This document shows, piece after piece, positions 1 to 9,408 of a DNA stretch of 64,000 bases. Under the pieces are notes generated by a model that saw only the letters and a list, made by a program, of their open reading frames with translations, was not told where the DNA came from and searched no databases. Every line of letters begins with the position of its first letter. Position 1 is the first letter of the stretch. The position numbers were made by a program, and so were the translations under genes. The stretch comes from a virus (taxonomy: Duplodnaviria > Caudoviricetes). Where the stretch lies: positions 192,001 through 256,000 of IMG/VR virus record IMGVR_UViG_3300042892_002922, one strand, 5' to 3'.

Positions 1-696
1 GCGGTTTACGCAGATAATTTATATATTTCAGGGCAAACGTTAGCCGAAGTCATTGCTGGATCAGGAACTGACGAATTAAATTTATATACAGCATCATTAA
101 AAAGTGCTATTGAACTTACTGGTTCAAATGTCACAATCAAGGGTGACTTATTGGTTAAAGGTACAACTACAGCGATACAGTCAAACACTGTTAGTATAGG
201 TGATAACATCATTGAATTAAATGGTTCAGCAGCTACTTTTGGTGGTTTATTGATAAAAGACCCAACTGCGCCAAATACTATCTCAGGTTCATTATTATGG
301 GACACTGTAAATGACCAATGGATTGCAGGCCCTGAAGGGTTTGAGGAAGCGATAATATTACAAGGTGATTATGACGCTTTTTCTAGTTCAGTTGCAATAG
401 CAATCAATGAAAGCGGTATTTGGAGACCAACTGGCTCATTTTATGCAACAACAAACGATTTAGAATTAACTGGTTCGTTAACAATTAAGGGTAATTTAAG
501 AGTTGAGGGTACAACTACGTTAATTCAAACCACTGATCCTAATAGAGAATCTTTAATTGTATCTGGGGCAATGAATATCGTTAAAAATCAAATAAATTCA
601 CAAGTTATTTCCGCATCATTAGCAATACAAGGACTAGGTAGGTTAGCTGACGCTAATCAGTTTGCAATTTTTGATTGTGGTGATGGATTTTTCTAA
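1..696 (+). CDS. C-terminal part of a virion structural/tail-fibre-type protein (5' truncated by window)
   Basis: Frame is open from base 1 (AVYADNLYISG...), so the track's TTG start at 151 is internal. The DNIIELN..GGLLIKD..LLWDTVNDQW motif recurs in the 738, 5259 and 50513 ORFs. Confidence 0.6.
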   Translation, partial: AVYADNLYISGQTLAEVIAGSGTDELNLYTASLKSAIELTGSNVTIKGDLLVKGTTTAIQSNTVSIGDNIIELNGSAATFGGLLIKDPTAPNTISGSLLWDTVNDQWIAGPEGFEEAIILQGDYDAFSSSVAIAINESGIWRPTGSFYATTNDLELTGSLTIKGNLRVEGTTTLIQTTDPNRESLIVSGAMNIVKNQINSQVISASLAIQGLGRLADANQFAIFDCGDGFF

Positions 697-708
697 TTAA
701 AAATAAAG

Positions 709-716
709 TATTTATA
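709..716 (+). promoter_or_regulatory. TATTTATA motif (putative phage late-promoter element)
   Basis: AGTATTTATA 21 nt upstream of ATG 738; same motif precedes several structural genes. Confidence 0.4.
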
Positions 717-737
717 TAAAACAACTAAAATTAAAAA

Positions 738-3488
738 ATGGCACAAATAATTAAACACAGAAGGGGTAGCGTCACACAACTGAAAGATGTTACAGCTAGA
801 ATAGGTGAACTGGTTATGGCCACCGGATCAATCGGTGACTTAAACGGACCTTTCCTATTTGTAGGTGAAACAGAAGGCGCAGCAGGTGCTTACCGCCCAA
901 CTTCAAAAATTTATCAGGGTTCAGCCGCCCCAACATTAACTGTTGGTTCACATGGTTCGGTACTTGATGGAACACCATTTTATGCGTCAGGAAATGAATC
1001 ATTGTACGTATTAAGTAAAGACGGTAATAGTAGATTAGATTTAACAGGTAACATCGAAGGAAATTTAATTTCTGGTGTAACAATTAACAATTTAACTGGT
1101 AGTAACGCCAATTACACAAACCTAACGGGAAACACGTTTACTAGTACTAACGCTAATATTACATCACTTACTGGTAGTAACGCCAATTACACAAACCTAA
1201 CAGGAAACACATTTACTAGTTTTAATTCTAATATTACATCACTTACAGGTAGTAACGCTAATATTTCAAATATTACTGGAACTACACTTACAAGTACAAA
1301 TGGTAATATAACATCACTTACTGGTAGTAACGCATTTGTTACAAATATAACTGGTGGAACTTTAACAGTTACAGGTACAACTAATTTAAATGGTGATCTT
1401 TTAATTAGCGGTAATACCATCCAAACAGGATCAATAGATTTAACGGGTAACATCGTTTTAGGTGGTAACATTACAATTGGTGATCAAACAACAGATATTA
1501 TCCAATTTGGTGGTGAAGTTAGTTCTTCAATTATACCAATTGTGGATAATTCGTTTGATTTAGGTTCAACGAATAAAAACTGGAGAAATTTACACGTAAG
1601 TGGAACTGCATATGTCAATACTTTAGAAGCACAACAAGTTAATTTTAATAACTTAGGAATCTTAACTGACTTAGTTGTAAGTGGTAGCACTTATTTAGGT
1701 AATGGTGGTGACGTAACCGTTATTAGTGGTTCATTATATAATGATCAATTGACTGAAAAGAGAATGGTTGTTGTGGGTGCTGATGGTTTATTAACTGATT
1801 ATAGTGGTTTAACTTTCGATAATGGTAATTTAAATTTATCTGGAGCTCTTGAGGTTACAAACATTCAAGGTACAGGTTCATTATATTTGAAACCCGATTT
1901 AAATGACTCTAGATTATTTGAAATTTATAATAGTGCAGGACCTTCAGGTTATACAGATATTCATCTTGTGGGTAATGCAGATTTAAATTTCTTCGGTGAT
2001 GATACAAATTATTTAAAAATAGATGATTATGCACAAACAGCAACACTTGTTGGTGTAAATGGTGTAATTGTTAGTTCTTCATTACAAGTAACAGGTTCAG
2101 TGTTCACTGACAAAATTTTAGGTACTGGTTCACTTTATTTACAACCCGATCAAATCGACGGAAGATATTTTGAAATTTATAATACCGCGGCGAGTGATGT
2201 ACACATTAAATCTAATAATGGTTTAAGTTTCTTTGGTGATGATACCAATTATTTATTAATTAATGATGGCGCACAAACAGCAACAATTGTTGGTGTAAAC
2301 GGTGTGTTTATTAGTTCATCATTAAATGTTACAGGTTCAACAACTTTAAATTCAACATTAGAAGTTAAAGGAGCGGCAGGACTTAACTCAACTTTGGATG
2401 TTACAGGTTCAGCAATTTTAAAATCAACATTAGAAGTTCAAGGGGCAACAGGACTTAACTCAACTTTGGATGTAACAGGTTCAGCAATTTTAAAATCAAC
2501 ATTACAGGTTGATTCAACATCAGAACTTAAAGGTGCTGTAGGTATGAACTCAAGTTTGGATGTAACTGGTTCAGCTCAATTTAAATCCACAATTAATGTT
2601 GATGGTGAAGCAACTTTATCATCTGCAACAGTTGAAGATTTAACACAGGATAGAATTGTTACAGTAGGTGCGGGCGGTTCATTAATTGACAGTTCAGGAT
2701 TTACATATAATGGCACTCTTTTCAAAATTGGAAATGGCCAATTTGAAGTTGATACAAATGATGGTGATATTAGAACATCAGGTTCGTTAACTGTTAATGG
2801 TGGACAAACAATTAATGGTAACACCACAATAAATGGTGTACTAACAGTAACAGGTAACACACAATTACAAGCAAACCTATATGTTTCAGGTAACTTAGAA
2901 GTATTAGGGTCATCCACAGAAGTACACATTCAATCACAAACAATTGAATTAGATGATAATATAATTAGATTAAACGCATATTCACCTTTTGAAAGATATG
3001 CGGGATTTGAAGTTATGGATTCGGGTTCTTCTGGTGTTTCAGCATCTTTGGTATGGGATTCATTAAATGATTATTGGATGTTTGTTTCCGCTAGTGGTCA
3101 ATCAAGTAAATTGATTGGTACAACTGCTGGAACTTATGGTTCTGAAACAAGTTTAACTAGTGGTACAATCCCTAAAGCGACTGGTGCCAACACAATTGGT
3201 GATAGTTTATTAACAGATGATGGAACAACATTAAGTTATAATACGAATAAATTCCAAGTAACATCAACAAACGGAAATACTTTAATAGCTGGTAATGTTA
3301 CATTATCTTACTCAGGTGGAACCGATAATGGAACTAAAACATCTGCGATTGTTTTCAAAAACAGTTCGAATGTACTTGGTTACGTTTCAACAACTGTTGT
3401 TACAGAAGTAACTGATGGTTTATTAGGTTACAAAGTATCTAATGGTGCACTAGTATTCTCCGACTTAATTGACGGTGGTTCGTATTAA
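738..3488 (+). CDS. Long tail-fibre-like beta-repeat protein
   Basis: N-terminal MAQIIKHRRG..GELV anchor-like motif, T/G/S/N-rich internal repeats, DNIIRLN..WDSLNDYW motif, C-terminal IDGGSY. Confidence 0.65.
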   Translation: MAQIIKHRRGSVTQLKDVTARIGELVMATGSIGDLNGPFLFVGETEGAAGAYRPTSKIYQGSAAPTLTVGSHGSVLDGTPFYASGNESLYVLSKDGNSRLDLTGNIEGNLISGVTINNLTGSNANYTNLTGNTFTSTNANITSLTGSNANYTNLTGNTFTSFNSNITSLTGSNANISNITGTTLTSTNGNITSLTGSNAFVTNITGGTLTVTGTTNLNGDLLISGNTIQTGSIDLTGNIVLGGNITIGDQTTDIIQFGGEVSSSIIPIVDNSFDLGSTNKNWRNLHVSGTAYVNTLEAQQVNFNNLGILTDLVVSGSTYLGNGGDVTVISGSLYNDQLTEKRMVVVGADGLLTDYSGLTFDNGNLNLSGALEVTNIQGTGSLYLKPDLNDSRLFEIYNSAGPSGYTDIHLVGNADLNFFGDDTNYLKIDDYAQTATLVGVNGVIVSSSLQVTGSVFTDKILGTGSLYLQPDQIDGRYFEIYNTAASDVHIKSNNGLSFFGDDTNYLLINDGAQTATIVGVNGVFISSSLNVTGSTTLNSTLEVKGAAGLNSTLDVTGSAILKSTLEVQGATGLNSTLDVTGSAILKSTLQVDSTSELKGAVGMNSSLDVTGSAQFKSTINVDGEATLSSATVEDLTQDRIVTVGAGGSLIDSSGFTYNGTLFKIGNGQFEVDTNDGDIRTSGSLTVNGGQTINGNTTINGVLTVTGNTQLQANLYVSGNLEVLGSSTEVHIQSQTIELDDNIIRLNAYSPFERYAGFEVMDSGSSGVSASLVWDSLNDYWMFVSASGQSSKLIGTTAGTYGSETSLTSGTIPKATGANTIGDSLLTDDGTTLSYNTNKFQVTSTNGNTLIAGNVTLSYSGGTDNGTKTSAIVFKNSSNVLGYVSTTVVTEVTDGLLGYKVSNGALVFSDLIDGGSY
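1095..1333 (+). repeat. 75-bp (25-aa) imperfect tandem repeat, about 3.2 copies, in-frame
   Basis: Units start at 1095, 1170, 1245, 1320 (acwggtagtaacgc...acatcactt). Confidence 0.85.
2352..2504 (+). repeat. 72-bp (24-aa) tandem repeat, 2 copies plus partial, in-frame
   Basis: tcaacatta units at 2352, 2424, 2496 encoding STLEVxGAxGLNSTLDVTGSAILK. Confidence 0.85.
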
Positions 3489-3507
3489 CATAGAATTTCA
3501 ATAATAC

Positions 3508-3539
3508 AAAAGGGAGAGTTTAATACTCTCCCTTTTTTT
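3508..3539 (+). terminator. Rho-independent terminator, probably bidirectional
   Basis: AAAA-GGGAGAGT-ttaat-ACTCTCCC-TTTTTTT, 20 nt after stop of 738-3488. Confidence 0.85.
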
Positions 3540-3632
3540 GTTTATATAGTTTATTCAGCTTCAATCATTTTTAATATGAACTAAGTAAGATAATTTTTCT
3601 TGGATTTCGTTTATTTAATCCTAATTTTTATG

Positions 3633-3640
3633 TATTTATA
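3633..3640 (+). promoter_or_regulatory. TATTTATA motif (putative late promoter)
   Basis: Downstream of the terminator and upstream of ORF 3706. Confidence 0.4.
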
Positions 3641-3643
3641 AGA

Positions 3644-3681
3644 AGACCTACATAGGTCTAATTAACCGTGGTACATACCAC
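3644..3681 (+). promoter_or_regulatory. Twin stem-loops with identical TACATA centre in the leader of ORF 3706
   Basis: AGACC-TACATA-GGTCT (3644-3659) and GTGG-TACATA-CCAC (3668-3681). Confidence 0.5.
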
Positions 3682-3705
3682 AAAACATAGGAGAGAACCA
3701 TATAT

Positions 3706-5175
3706 ATGGCACAAATAGTAAAACTGCGTAGGAGTAGTGTATCCGGTCAAAAACCCACTAACTCGAATTTACAATTGGGAGAATTAGCATTAAACACTAC
3801 TGACGGTAAGGTTTATATGGCTAAATCTGGTTCTCTCGGGCCATCGGTTGAGGAATTAATTTTAACAAACACGGTTAATACAGGTTCAATACATCTTACT
3901 GGGGCTGTAACAGCGTCAAACTTTTCAGGTTCATTTATTGGTAATGCTAGCGGATTAACAACAGTACCATTTCATATATCTGGTTCAGATATTAGTGGAA
4001 CAACAGTAAATAAAACATTTACAAAGTTACAATTTGATGATAGTACTGGATTAAATGTTGAAGAAACAGATCCAGGCACAGCATTCGTTTCAATCGGTTC
4101 ACACTTCAAAGACATATTTGTGTCTGGTTCATCAATATTAAGAGCAACAGGTTCTGATGCTTTTGAAATTATTCCGGCAGGTGGGATTGAAATTACAACA
4201 TCAACTAGTGATACCAATGGTAATGGTTATATTAAAGAATTAAACATTAGCGCGACATCGTTATCGTCATCACTAAATGATAGAATTGATATTATAACTG
4301 GTTCAATTACTAGTTTATCATCATCTATCATCACAACATTAGATATTATAACAGGTTCCGTTGATTCTTTAAATTTATTCACATCAAGTGTAGTTTTAAC
4401 AAGTGAAACAGGATCAATGACCGTGTTAAGTTCATCATATGCCTTAACTGCTTCATTTGCGTTAAATGCTGGAGGTGGTGCCGAAGGTAGGACAGCTAAA
4501 CTAACACAATCATCACCTGCAACAACTTGGACATTTAACCACAATTTAGGAGAACAATACCCAGAAGTTACTGTTTATGACAGTTTAGGTTATGTGGTTA
4601 TTCCTACCAATATATTGGCATACAGTAATAACCAAATGATTATCACATTCTCAAGTGCACAATCTGGTACGGTTACAGCAACAGTTGGTGGTGGTTTGCC
4701 GGAAATTAGTGCGAGTTATGCTGGTTATGTATTATCAAATAATGGGACAGTACCTTCTTGGAAATCTGGAATCGTTAGTGGTTCATTACAAATAACTGAA
4801 TTTGGTTATGCAATTACTGGTTCAAACACATTTACAGCTAATCAAACAATTAATGGAACCTTAACCATTAACAACGCAAAAATAGGAACAACTTGTGTGT
4901 CTTTAGCGTCAACAACGACTGTTTTAAATTTAAGCACATTTGATGGCGTGAATATAGATTATGTTATCAAAAAAAGTGGTAATATGCGAGCAGGTAATGT
5001 TATGGGTGTATGGAATGGAAGCACTGTAAAATATAGTGAAACGTCAACAATGGATATTGGAGATACTAGCGAATTTACATTTACAATTAACAATACTGGG
5101 GCTGTTACAGCCAATTTCACAACTGGAACTTGGGTTGTTGAAATATTTTATAGAGCGATTGGCGGGTGCTCTTAA
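3706..5175 (+). CDS. Tail fibre/baseplate-associated protein
   Basis: N-terminal IVKLRRSS..GQKP..LQLGELALNTTDGKVY (typical phage fibre N-terminal motif); internal WTFNHNLG.YP.VTVYD module. Confidence 0.65.
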   Translation: MAQIVKLRRSSVSGQKPTNSNLQLGELALNTTDGKVYMAKSGSLGPSVEELILTNTVNTGSIHLTGAVTASNFSGSFIGNASGLTTVPFHISGSDISGTTVNKTFTKLQFDDSTGLNVEETDPGTAFVSIGSHFKDIFVSGSSILRATGSDAFEIIPAGGIEITTSTSDTNGNGYIKELNISATSLSSSLNDRIDIITGSITSLSSSIITTLDIITGSVDSLNLFTSSVVLTSETGSMTVLSSSYALTASFALNAGGGAEGRTAKLTQSSPATTWTFNHNLGEQYPEVTVYDSLGYVVIPTNILAYSNNQMIITFSSAQSGTVTATVGGGLPEISASYAGYVLSNNGTVPSWKSGIVSGSLQITEFGYAITGSNTFTANQTINGTLTINNAKIGTTCVSLASTTTVLNLSTFDGVNIDYVIKKSGNMRAGNVMGVWNGSTVKYSETSTMDIGDTSEFTFTINNTGAVTANFTTGTWVVEIFYRAIGGCS

Positions 5176-5213
5176 AATTAATTATTTAATACCCATTTAA
5201 TTCGTTTAAAATT

Positions 5214-5222
5214 AGTATTTAT
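5214..5222 (+). promoter_or_regulatory. AGTATTTAT motif (putative late promoter)
   Basis: 36 nt upstream of ATG 5259. Confidence 0.35.
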
Positions 5223-5258
5223 TAGTAACACATTAGTGGAAAGTGAAACTAATAGATT

Positions 5259-8200
5259 ATGGCAAACGAATTTAAAATTAAGAACGGACTCATTGTGTCC
5301 GGCTCTGCGGAAATTGAAAATAATTTAATCGTACATGGTACATTAACAGCGGATTTGGTAAACATCTCTCTTGTTAGTTCATCAGTACTTTATGAAAGTG
5401 GCTCAACCAAATTTGGTAACACTTCAGACGATTTTCATGAATTTACAGGTTCATTATCTATTAGTGGTTCGTTAAACATTAACGGAACATCTTATACTTC
5501 AGCAACAAGCGGAACATCAGGTACTTCTGGAACGTCTGGAACTAGTGGTTCATCAGGAACTGCCGGATCTAGTGGTACGTCAGGTACATCTGGAAGTTCA
5601 GGAACTGCTGGTACTTCGGGTTCTAGTGGCTCAAGCGGAACATCAGGAAGTTCAGGTTCTTCAGGGACGAGTGGAAGCTCAGGTACGTCTGGGTCTTCTG
5701 GTTCAAGTGGAACATCGGGAACGAGTGGGTCTTCAGGAAGTTCTGGTTCGTCAGGAACGAGTGGTACATCTGGTACTAGTGGCACGTCAGGTTCGTCAGG
5801 TAGTTCGGGGTCAAGTGGAACTTCAGGTTCTTCAGGTTCGTCTGGAACATCAGGAAGTTCGGGGTCTAGCGGAACGGCTGGTACTAGTGGAACATCAGGT
5901 TCTTCAGGTAGTTCTGGAACAAGTGGTAGTTCAGGGTCAAGTGGTACGTCTGGGACGAGTGGCACATCCGGGTCTTCAGGTTCTAGTGGCACATCAGGTA
6001 GTTCAGGTTCATCTGGAACAAGTGGCACTTCAGGTACGTCAGGGTCTTCTGGTTCTAGTGGTACATCAGGGTCTTCTGGTAGCTCAGGAACGTCAGGTTC
6101 TAGTGGTACTAGTGGTAGTTCAGGTTCTAGTGGAACATCAGGTTCTTCAGGTAGTTCTGGAACAAGTGGAACTTCTGGTACATCGGGATCAAGTGGATCT
6201 AGTGGAACATCGGGATCAAGTGGATCTAGTGGAACATCAGGTTCTTCGGGTTCAAGTGGTACCAGTGGTACATCTGGCTCTAGTGGATCTAGCGGTACTG
6301 TAACAATGACTGGAACACAAGATAACGGTATCTTAACACTTAATGGTTCCTCACCAAATGCTACAGTTGAAAGTAATCTAAGATTTGATGGCTCATTACT
6401 AACGGTTGTCGGCAATGAAACTATATCAGGTTCATTAATTGTTACAAACGACTTTACAGTATTAGGTTCTTCTTCAATATTATATGTAACATCATCACAA
6501 CTTAGAATTGCAGATAATATTATCACGGTTAACACTTCAAATCCAGGCGCCAGATTTGGTGGTTTAGAGGTATTTGATTCTGGTTCAATTAATAATGCCA
6601 CCGGATCAATTCTTTGGGATTCTGTTAATAACAGATGGATATATCAAAATTCAAGTGATGCTGGTTATGGTGGGGGTATGTTTTTATCTGGACCACGTAG
6701 TTCAGGGTCTTTAGGGTCTGAATTATCGTTAACAAGTGGTAAAATAGCAAAATCGGCAGGTGGTGACCATCTTGACGATTCAAATATAACTGATACGGGT
6801 ACTTTAGTATCAATAAATTCAAATACAGAAATAACAGGTACGTTAAGAGTAACTTCAAATTTATTTATTAACGGAACTTCATATACTGCTGCTACTTCAG
6901 GTACTTCGGGTACATCAGGTTCAAGTGGTACGTCTGGAACATCCGGTTCATCGGGAACTGCGGGTTCATCTGGAACATCAGGTTCCTCTGGGTCAAGCGG
7001 AACTTCAGGTTCTAGTGGGTCTAGTGGGACATCGGGTTCAAGTGGTACATCAGGTTCTAGTGGGTCAAGCGGAACTTCAGGTTCTAATGGCTCATCGGGA
7101 ACATCAGGAACAAGCGGAACCTCTGGTTCTTCTGGCTCTAGTGGTACATCGGGTAGTTCAGGGTCATCAGGTACTAGTGGAACGTCAGGTTCTTCTGGTA
7201 GTTCGGGGTCAAGTGGAACGTCAGGTTCTTCTGGTAGTTCGGGGTCAAGTGGAACGTCAGGTTCTTCTGGGTCAAGTGGCACTTCGGGATCAAGCGGGTC
7301 TAGTGGGACGTCAGGTTCTAGTGGTTCTAGCGGCACATCAGGCAGTTCTGGTTCTTCTGGTTCATCAGGTACTTCTGGCTCTAGCGGATCTTCTGGCACT
7401 TCAGGATCTAGTGGGTCTTCAGGAAGTTCTGGTTCATCGGGAACATCAGGTTCAAGCGGATCTAGTGGAACATCGGGGTCTAGTGGAAGTTCAGGAAGTT
7501 CTGGTTCTAGTGGGTCTTCAGGAAGTTCTGGTTCGTCAGGTTCTAGTGGGTCTTCTGGCACGTCTGGATCTAGTGGTTCATCAGGTTCATCAGGTTCATC
7601 AGGTTCATCAGGTTCATCGGGAAGTTCTGGTTCATCAGGCGCTGCAACAATTAATAGTAATGTAAACGATTATGTTTTAACAGCAACAGGAACCGCCGGA
7701 CTAATTCAAGGTGAATCAAATTTAACATTTGATGGTTCAACATTATCAACGAGTAACGTTACCGCTACTGGTACGTATAATACAAATGCGTCATCAAGTA
7801 GAAACAAATATAACGTTTATTCAACGGGTGCAAGTCCTTATGCTATTGGTATGCAATCGGCAATCACTTATGGTGGTTTAAATGACTGGGGAATGACCTT
7901 CCAATTTAATAACGACAGCGGTAGAGGATTCTGGTGGGGTGACGAAGGACATTCAACAGCACAAGGTGCTATGGCATTAACTACTGACGGTAGATTAACA
8001 GTGGCAAATAATGTTAGAATCGGTTATGGTGAATCTGACGTCACAACACCAACACTACCATTACAAGTATATGGTTCTGGTGGAACAATTGTTGACATTC
8101 AAGGTTCTAGTGGACAGTTATTCTCGGTAACAGATGATTTAACAGGTGACATATTCTCTATTTCAGATATATCAGGTATACCATTTATAAATGTTAACAC

Positions 8201-8453
8201 AACGAATGGTACTAGTTTTGGATATCATATATTCCCATCAGTTAACAATACCTATAACTTAGGTACATCAGCACTTAGATGGGCGAACGTTTATACGAAT
8301 GACTTACATTTAAGTAACGAAGGCAAAGAGGGTGGAAATGATATTGACGGAACAACAGGTAACTGGACAATTCAAGAAGGTGAAGAAAATCTGTATATTG
8401 TCAATAATAAGAATGGTAAGAAGTTCAAAATCAATTTAACCGAAATAGAATAA
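5259..8453 (+). CDS. Fibre protein 1 with two Gly-X-Ser collagen-like tracts and conserved phage fibre C-terminal domain
   Basis: Two (X-S-G)n tracts; C-terminus WANVYTNDLHLSN...GNWTIQEGEENLYIVNNKNGKKFKINLTEIE resembles the terminal domain of T4-like cyanophage fibre proteins. Confidence 0.7.
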   Translation: MANEFKIKNGLIVSGSAEIENNLIVHGTLTADLVNISLVSSSVLYESGSTKFGNTSDDFHEFTGSLSISGSLNINGTSYTSATSGTSGTSGTSGTSGSSGTAGSSGTSGTSGSSGTAGTSGSSGSSGTSGSSGSSGTSGSSGTSGSSGSSGTSGTSGSSGSSGSSGTSGTSGTSGTSGSSGSSGSSGTSGSSGSSGTSGSSGSSGTAGTSGTSGSSGSSGTSGSSGSSGTSGTSGTSGSSGSSGTSGSSGSSGTSGTSGTSGSSGSSGTSGSSGSSGTSGSSGTSGSSGSSGTSGSSGSSGTSGTSGTSGSSGSSGTSGSSGSSGTSGSSGSSGTSGTSGSSGSSGTVTMTGTQDNGILTLNGSSPNATVESNLRFDGSLLTVVGNETISGSLIVTNDFTVLGSSSILYVTSSQLRIADNIITVNTSNPGARFGGLEVFDSGSINNATGSILWDSVNNRWIYQNSSDAGYGGGMFLSGPRSSGSLGSELSLTSGKIAKSAGGDHLDDSNITDTGTLVSINSNTEITGTLRVTSNLFINGTSYTAATSGTSGTSGSSGTSGTSGSSGTAGSSGTSGSSGSSGTSGSSGSSGTSGSSGTSGSSGSSGTSGSNGSSGTSGTSGTSGSSGSSGTSGSSGSSGTSGTSGSSGSSGSSGTSGSSGSSGSSGTSGSSGSSGTSGSSGSSGTSGSSGSSGTSGSSGSSGSSGTSGSSGSSGTSGSSGSSGSSGSSGTSGSSGSSGTSGSSGSSGSSGSSGSSGSSGSSGSSGSSGTSGSSGSSGSSGSSGSSGSSGSSGSSGAATINSNVNDYVLTATGTAGLIQGESNLTFDGSTLSTSNVTATGTYNTNASSSRNKYNVYSTGASPYAIGMQSAITYGGLNDWGMTFQFNNDSGRGFWWGDEGHSTAQGAMALTTDGRLTVANNVRIGYGESDVTTPTLPLQVYGSGGTIVDIQGSSGQLFSVTDDLTGDIFSISDISGIPFINVNTTNGTSFGYHIFPSVNNTYNLGTSALRWANVYTNDLHLSNEGKEGGNDIDGTTGNWTIQEGEENLYIVNNKNGKKFKINLTEIE
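5505..6296 (+). repeat. (T/S)-S-G triplet tract, 88 triplets
   Basis: 792 nt, Gly every third residue, synonymous codons vary. Confidence 0.9.
6894..7640 (+). repeat. (T/S)-S-G triplet tract, 83 triplets
   Basis: 747 nt, Gly every third residue. Confidence 0.9.
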
Positions 8454-8456
8454 TAT

Positions 8457-9089
8457 ATGGCTTTTAACATTGGTGGTACAACCCTAAGTAGTTCAACAAT
8501 TACTCCTACAAGTGGATTGTTTACATTATCAAGCACTGAATTATCAGGAACAGGTTATGTGACAAAAGGAACAACAAAAGCATTTAGTGCTAATGGTAGT
8601 TCTGGTGGTGCTTATAGTAGTGGTTGGCAATATCCTAACAATAGTGGATGGGATGGTGCTGGCGCTTGGCAAGTATTTACAGGTTCAAAAATTGGTTGGG
8701 TAACCGATGCACAACGAGGTAGTGATTTTAGTACTTCAACGGGTCGATTTACTGCTTCAGTTGCTGGTTGGTATGTCTTTAACACAAGTGCATATGTGTT
8801 AAATGATTTAGCATCACCTTATAACACTGGTTCGGGTTATATTCACTTGCAATTTGCTAAAAACGGGTCAAGAGATTGGAATAATAGCTATTGCCCATAC
8901 ACAATTTATATGTACGGAGCGGCTGGTGGAAATTCGGGAGCTAGTAGTGGTTATGCCGATGGGGCGACAGCTTGTGGAGTAATGCAATTGGCTGTTGGTG
9001 ATTACGTTGAAGTTCATATGTACATAAACGCAAATACTACAAGAGTATATCCACAATATACTACGTTTTTTGGTGCACTAGTTGGTTAA
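8457..9089 (+). CDS. C1q/TNF-like head domain protein
   Basis: AFSA...TGRFTASVAGWYVF...LAVGDYV...FFGALVG pattern of the C1q jelly-roll. Confidence 0.65.
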   Translation: MAFNIGGTTLSSSTITPTSGLFTLSSTELSGTGYVTKGTTKAFSANGSSGGAYSSGWQYPNNSGWDGAGAWQVFTGSKIGWVTDAQRGSDFSTSTGRFTASVAGWYVFNTSAYVLNDLASPYNTGSGYIHLQFAKNGSRDWNNSYCPYTIYMYGAAGGNSGASSGYADGATACGVMQLAVGDYVEVHMYINANTTRVYPQYTTFFGALVG

Positions 9090-9092
9090 TAA

Positions 9093-9106
9093 TATTTATA
9101 TTTATA
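9093..9106 (+). promoter_or_regulatory. Two overlapping TATTTATA motifs
   Basis: tatttatatttata directly upstream of ATG 9118. Confidence 0.3.
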
Positions 9107-9117
9107 AAAAGTAAAAC

Positions 9118-9408
9118 ATGGTAACATACACAATTACACTATCAGATGCGGAAGACAAGGCATTAGGATACGTCGCATTATCACAACAAGATTGGATGGA
9201 AAATGCTGTTAAAGCAAGATGTGAAAACGCAATTCAAGAAATCTTCCAATTAGAGGTTGAAAGAAAGATTGCTGCGGGTGAATCTATAACTGGAACTAAA
9301 GAAGAAATTGTTTTAGCTGCTAATATTAGAAGTGCGGCTGAAAGAGCATCTGACCCAACACCAGACATTTATGGAATAACAAATATAATACCAGATCCTT
9401 TCGTATAA
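9118..9408 (+). CDS. Small phage protein accompanying C1q-like heads
   Basis: YTITLSDAEDKAL..V...QDWMENAV..R...A..EI resembles small proteins next to C1q-type genes in myophages; TAATG overlap with next gene. Confidence 0.5.
   Translation: MVTYTITLSDAEDKALGYVALSQQDWMENAVKARCENAIQEIFQLEVERKIAAGESITGTKEEIVLAANIRSAAERASDPTPDIYGITNIIPDPFV

Noticed and set aside
6-305. Short antisense ORFs in the track (6-305 and other 60-120-aa ORFs overlapping main genes)
   Set aside because: Fully overlap well-supported genes and carry no recognisable motifs
5505-7640. Possible CRISPR array or non-coding VNTR
   Set aside because: In-frame coding repeat with synonymous variation and no repeat-spacer structure
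5492-7665. Long antisense (P-D/E-V/L)n and alternate-frame (V/L/Q)n ORFs over fibre 1
   Set aside because: Shadows of the 9-nt Gly-X-Ser periodicity; they begin and end with the repeat tracts and lack independent starts
8200-8453. Peptidase S74 intramolecular chaperone at fibre C-termini
   Set aside because: No SD.RLK.NI motif in either fibre
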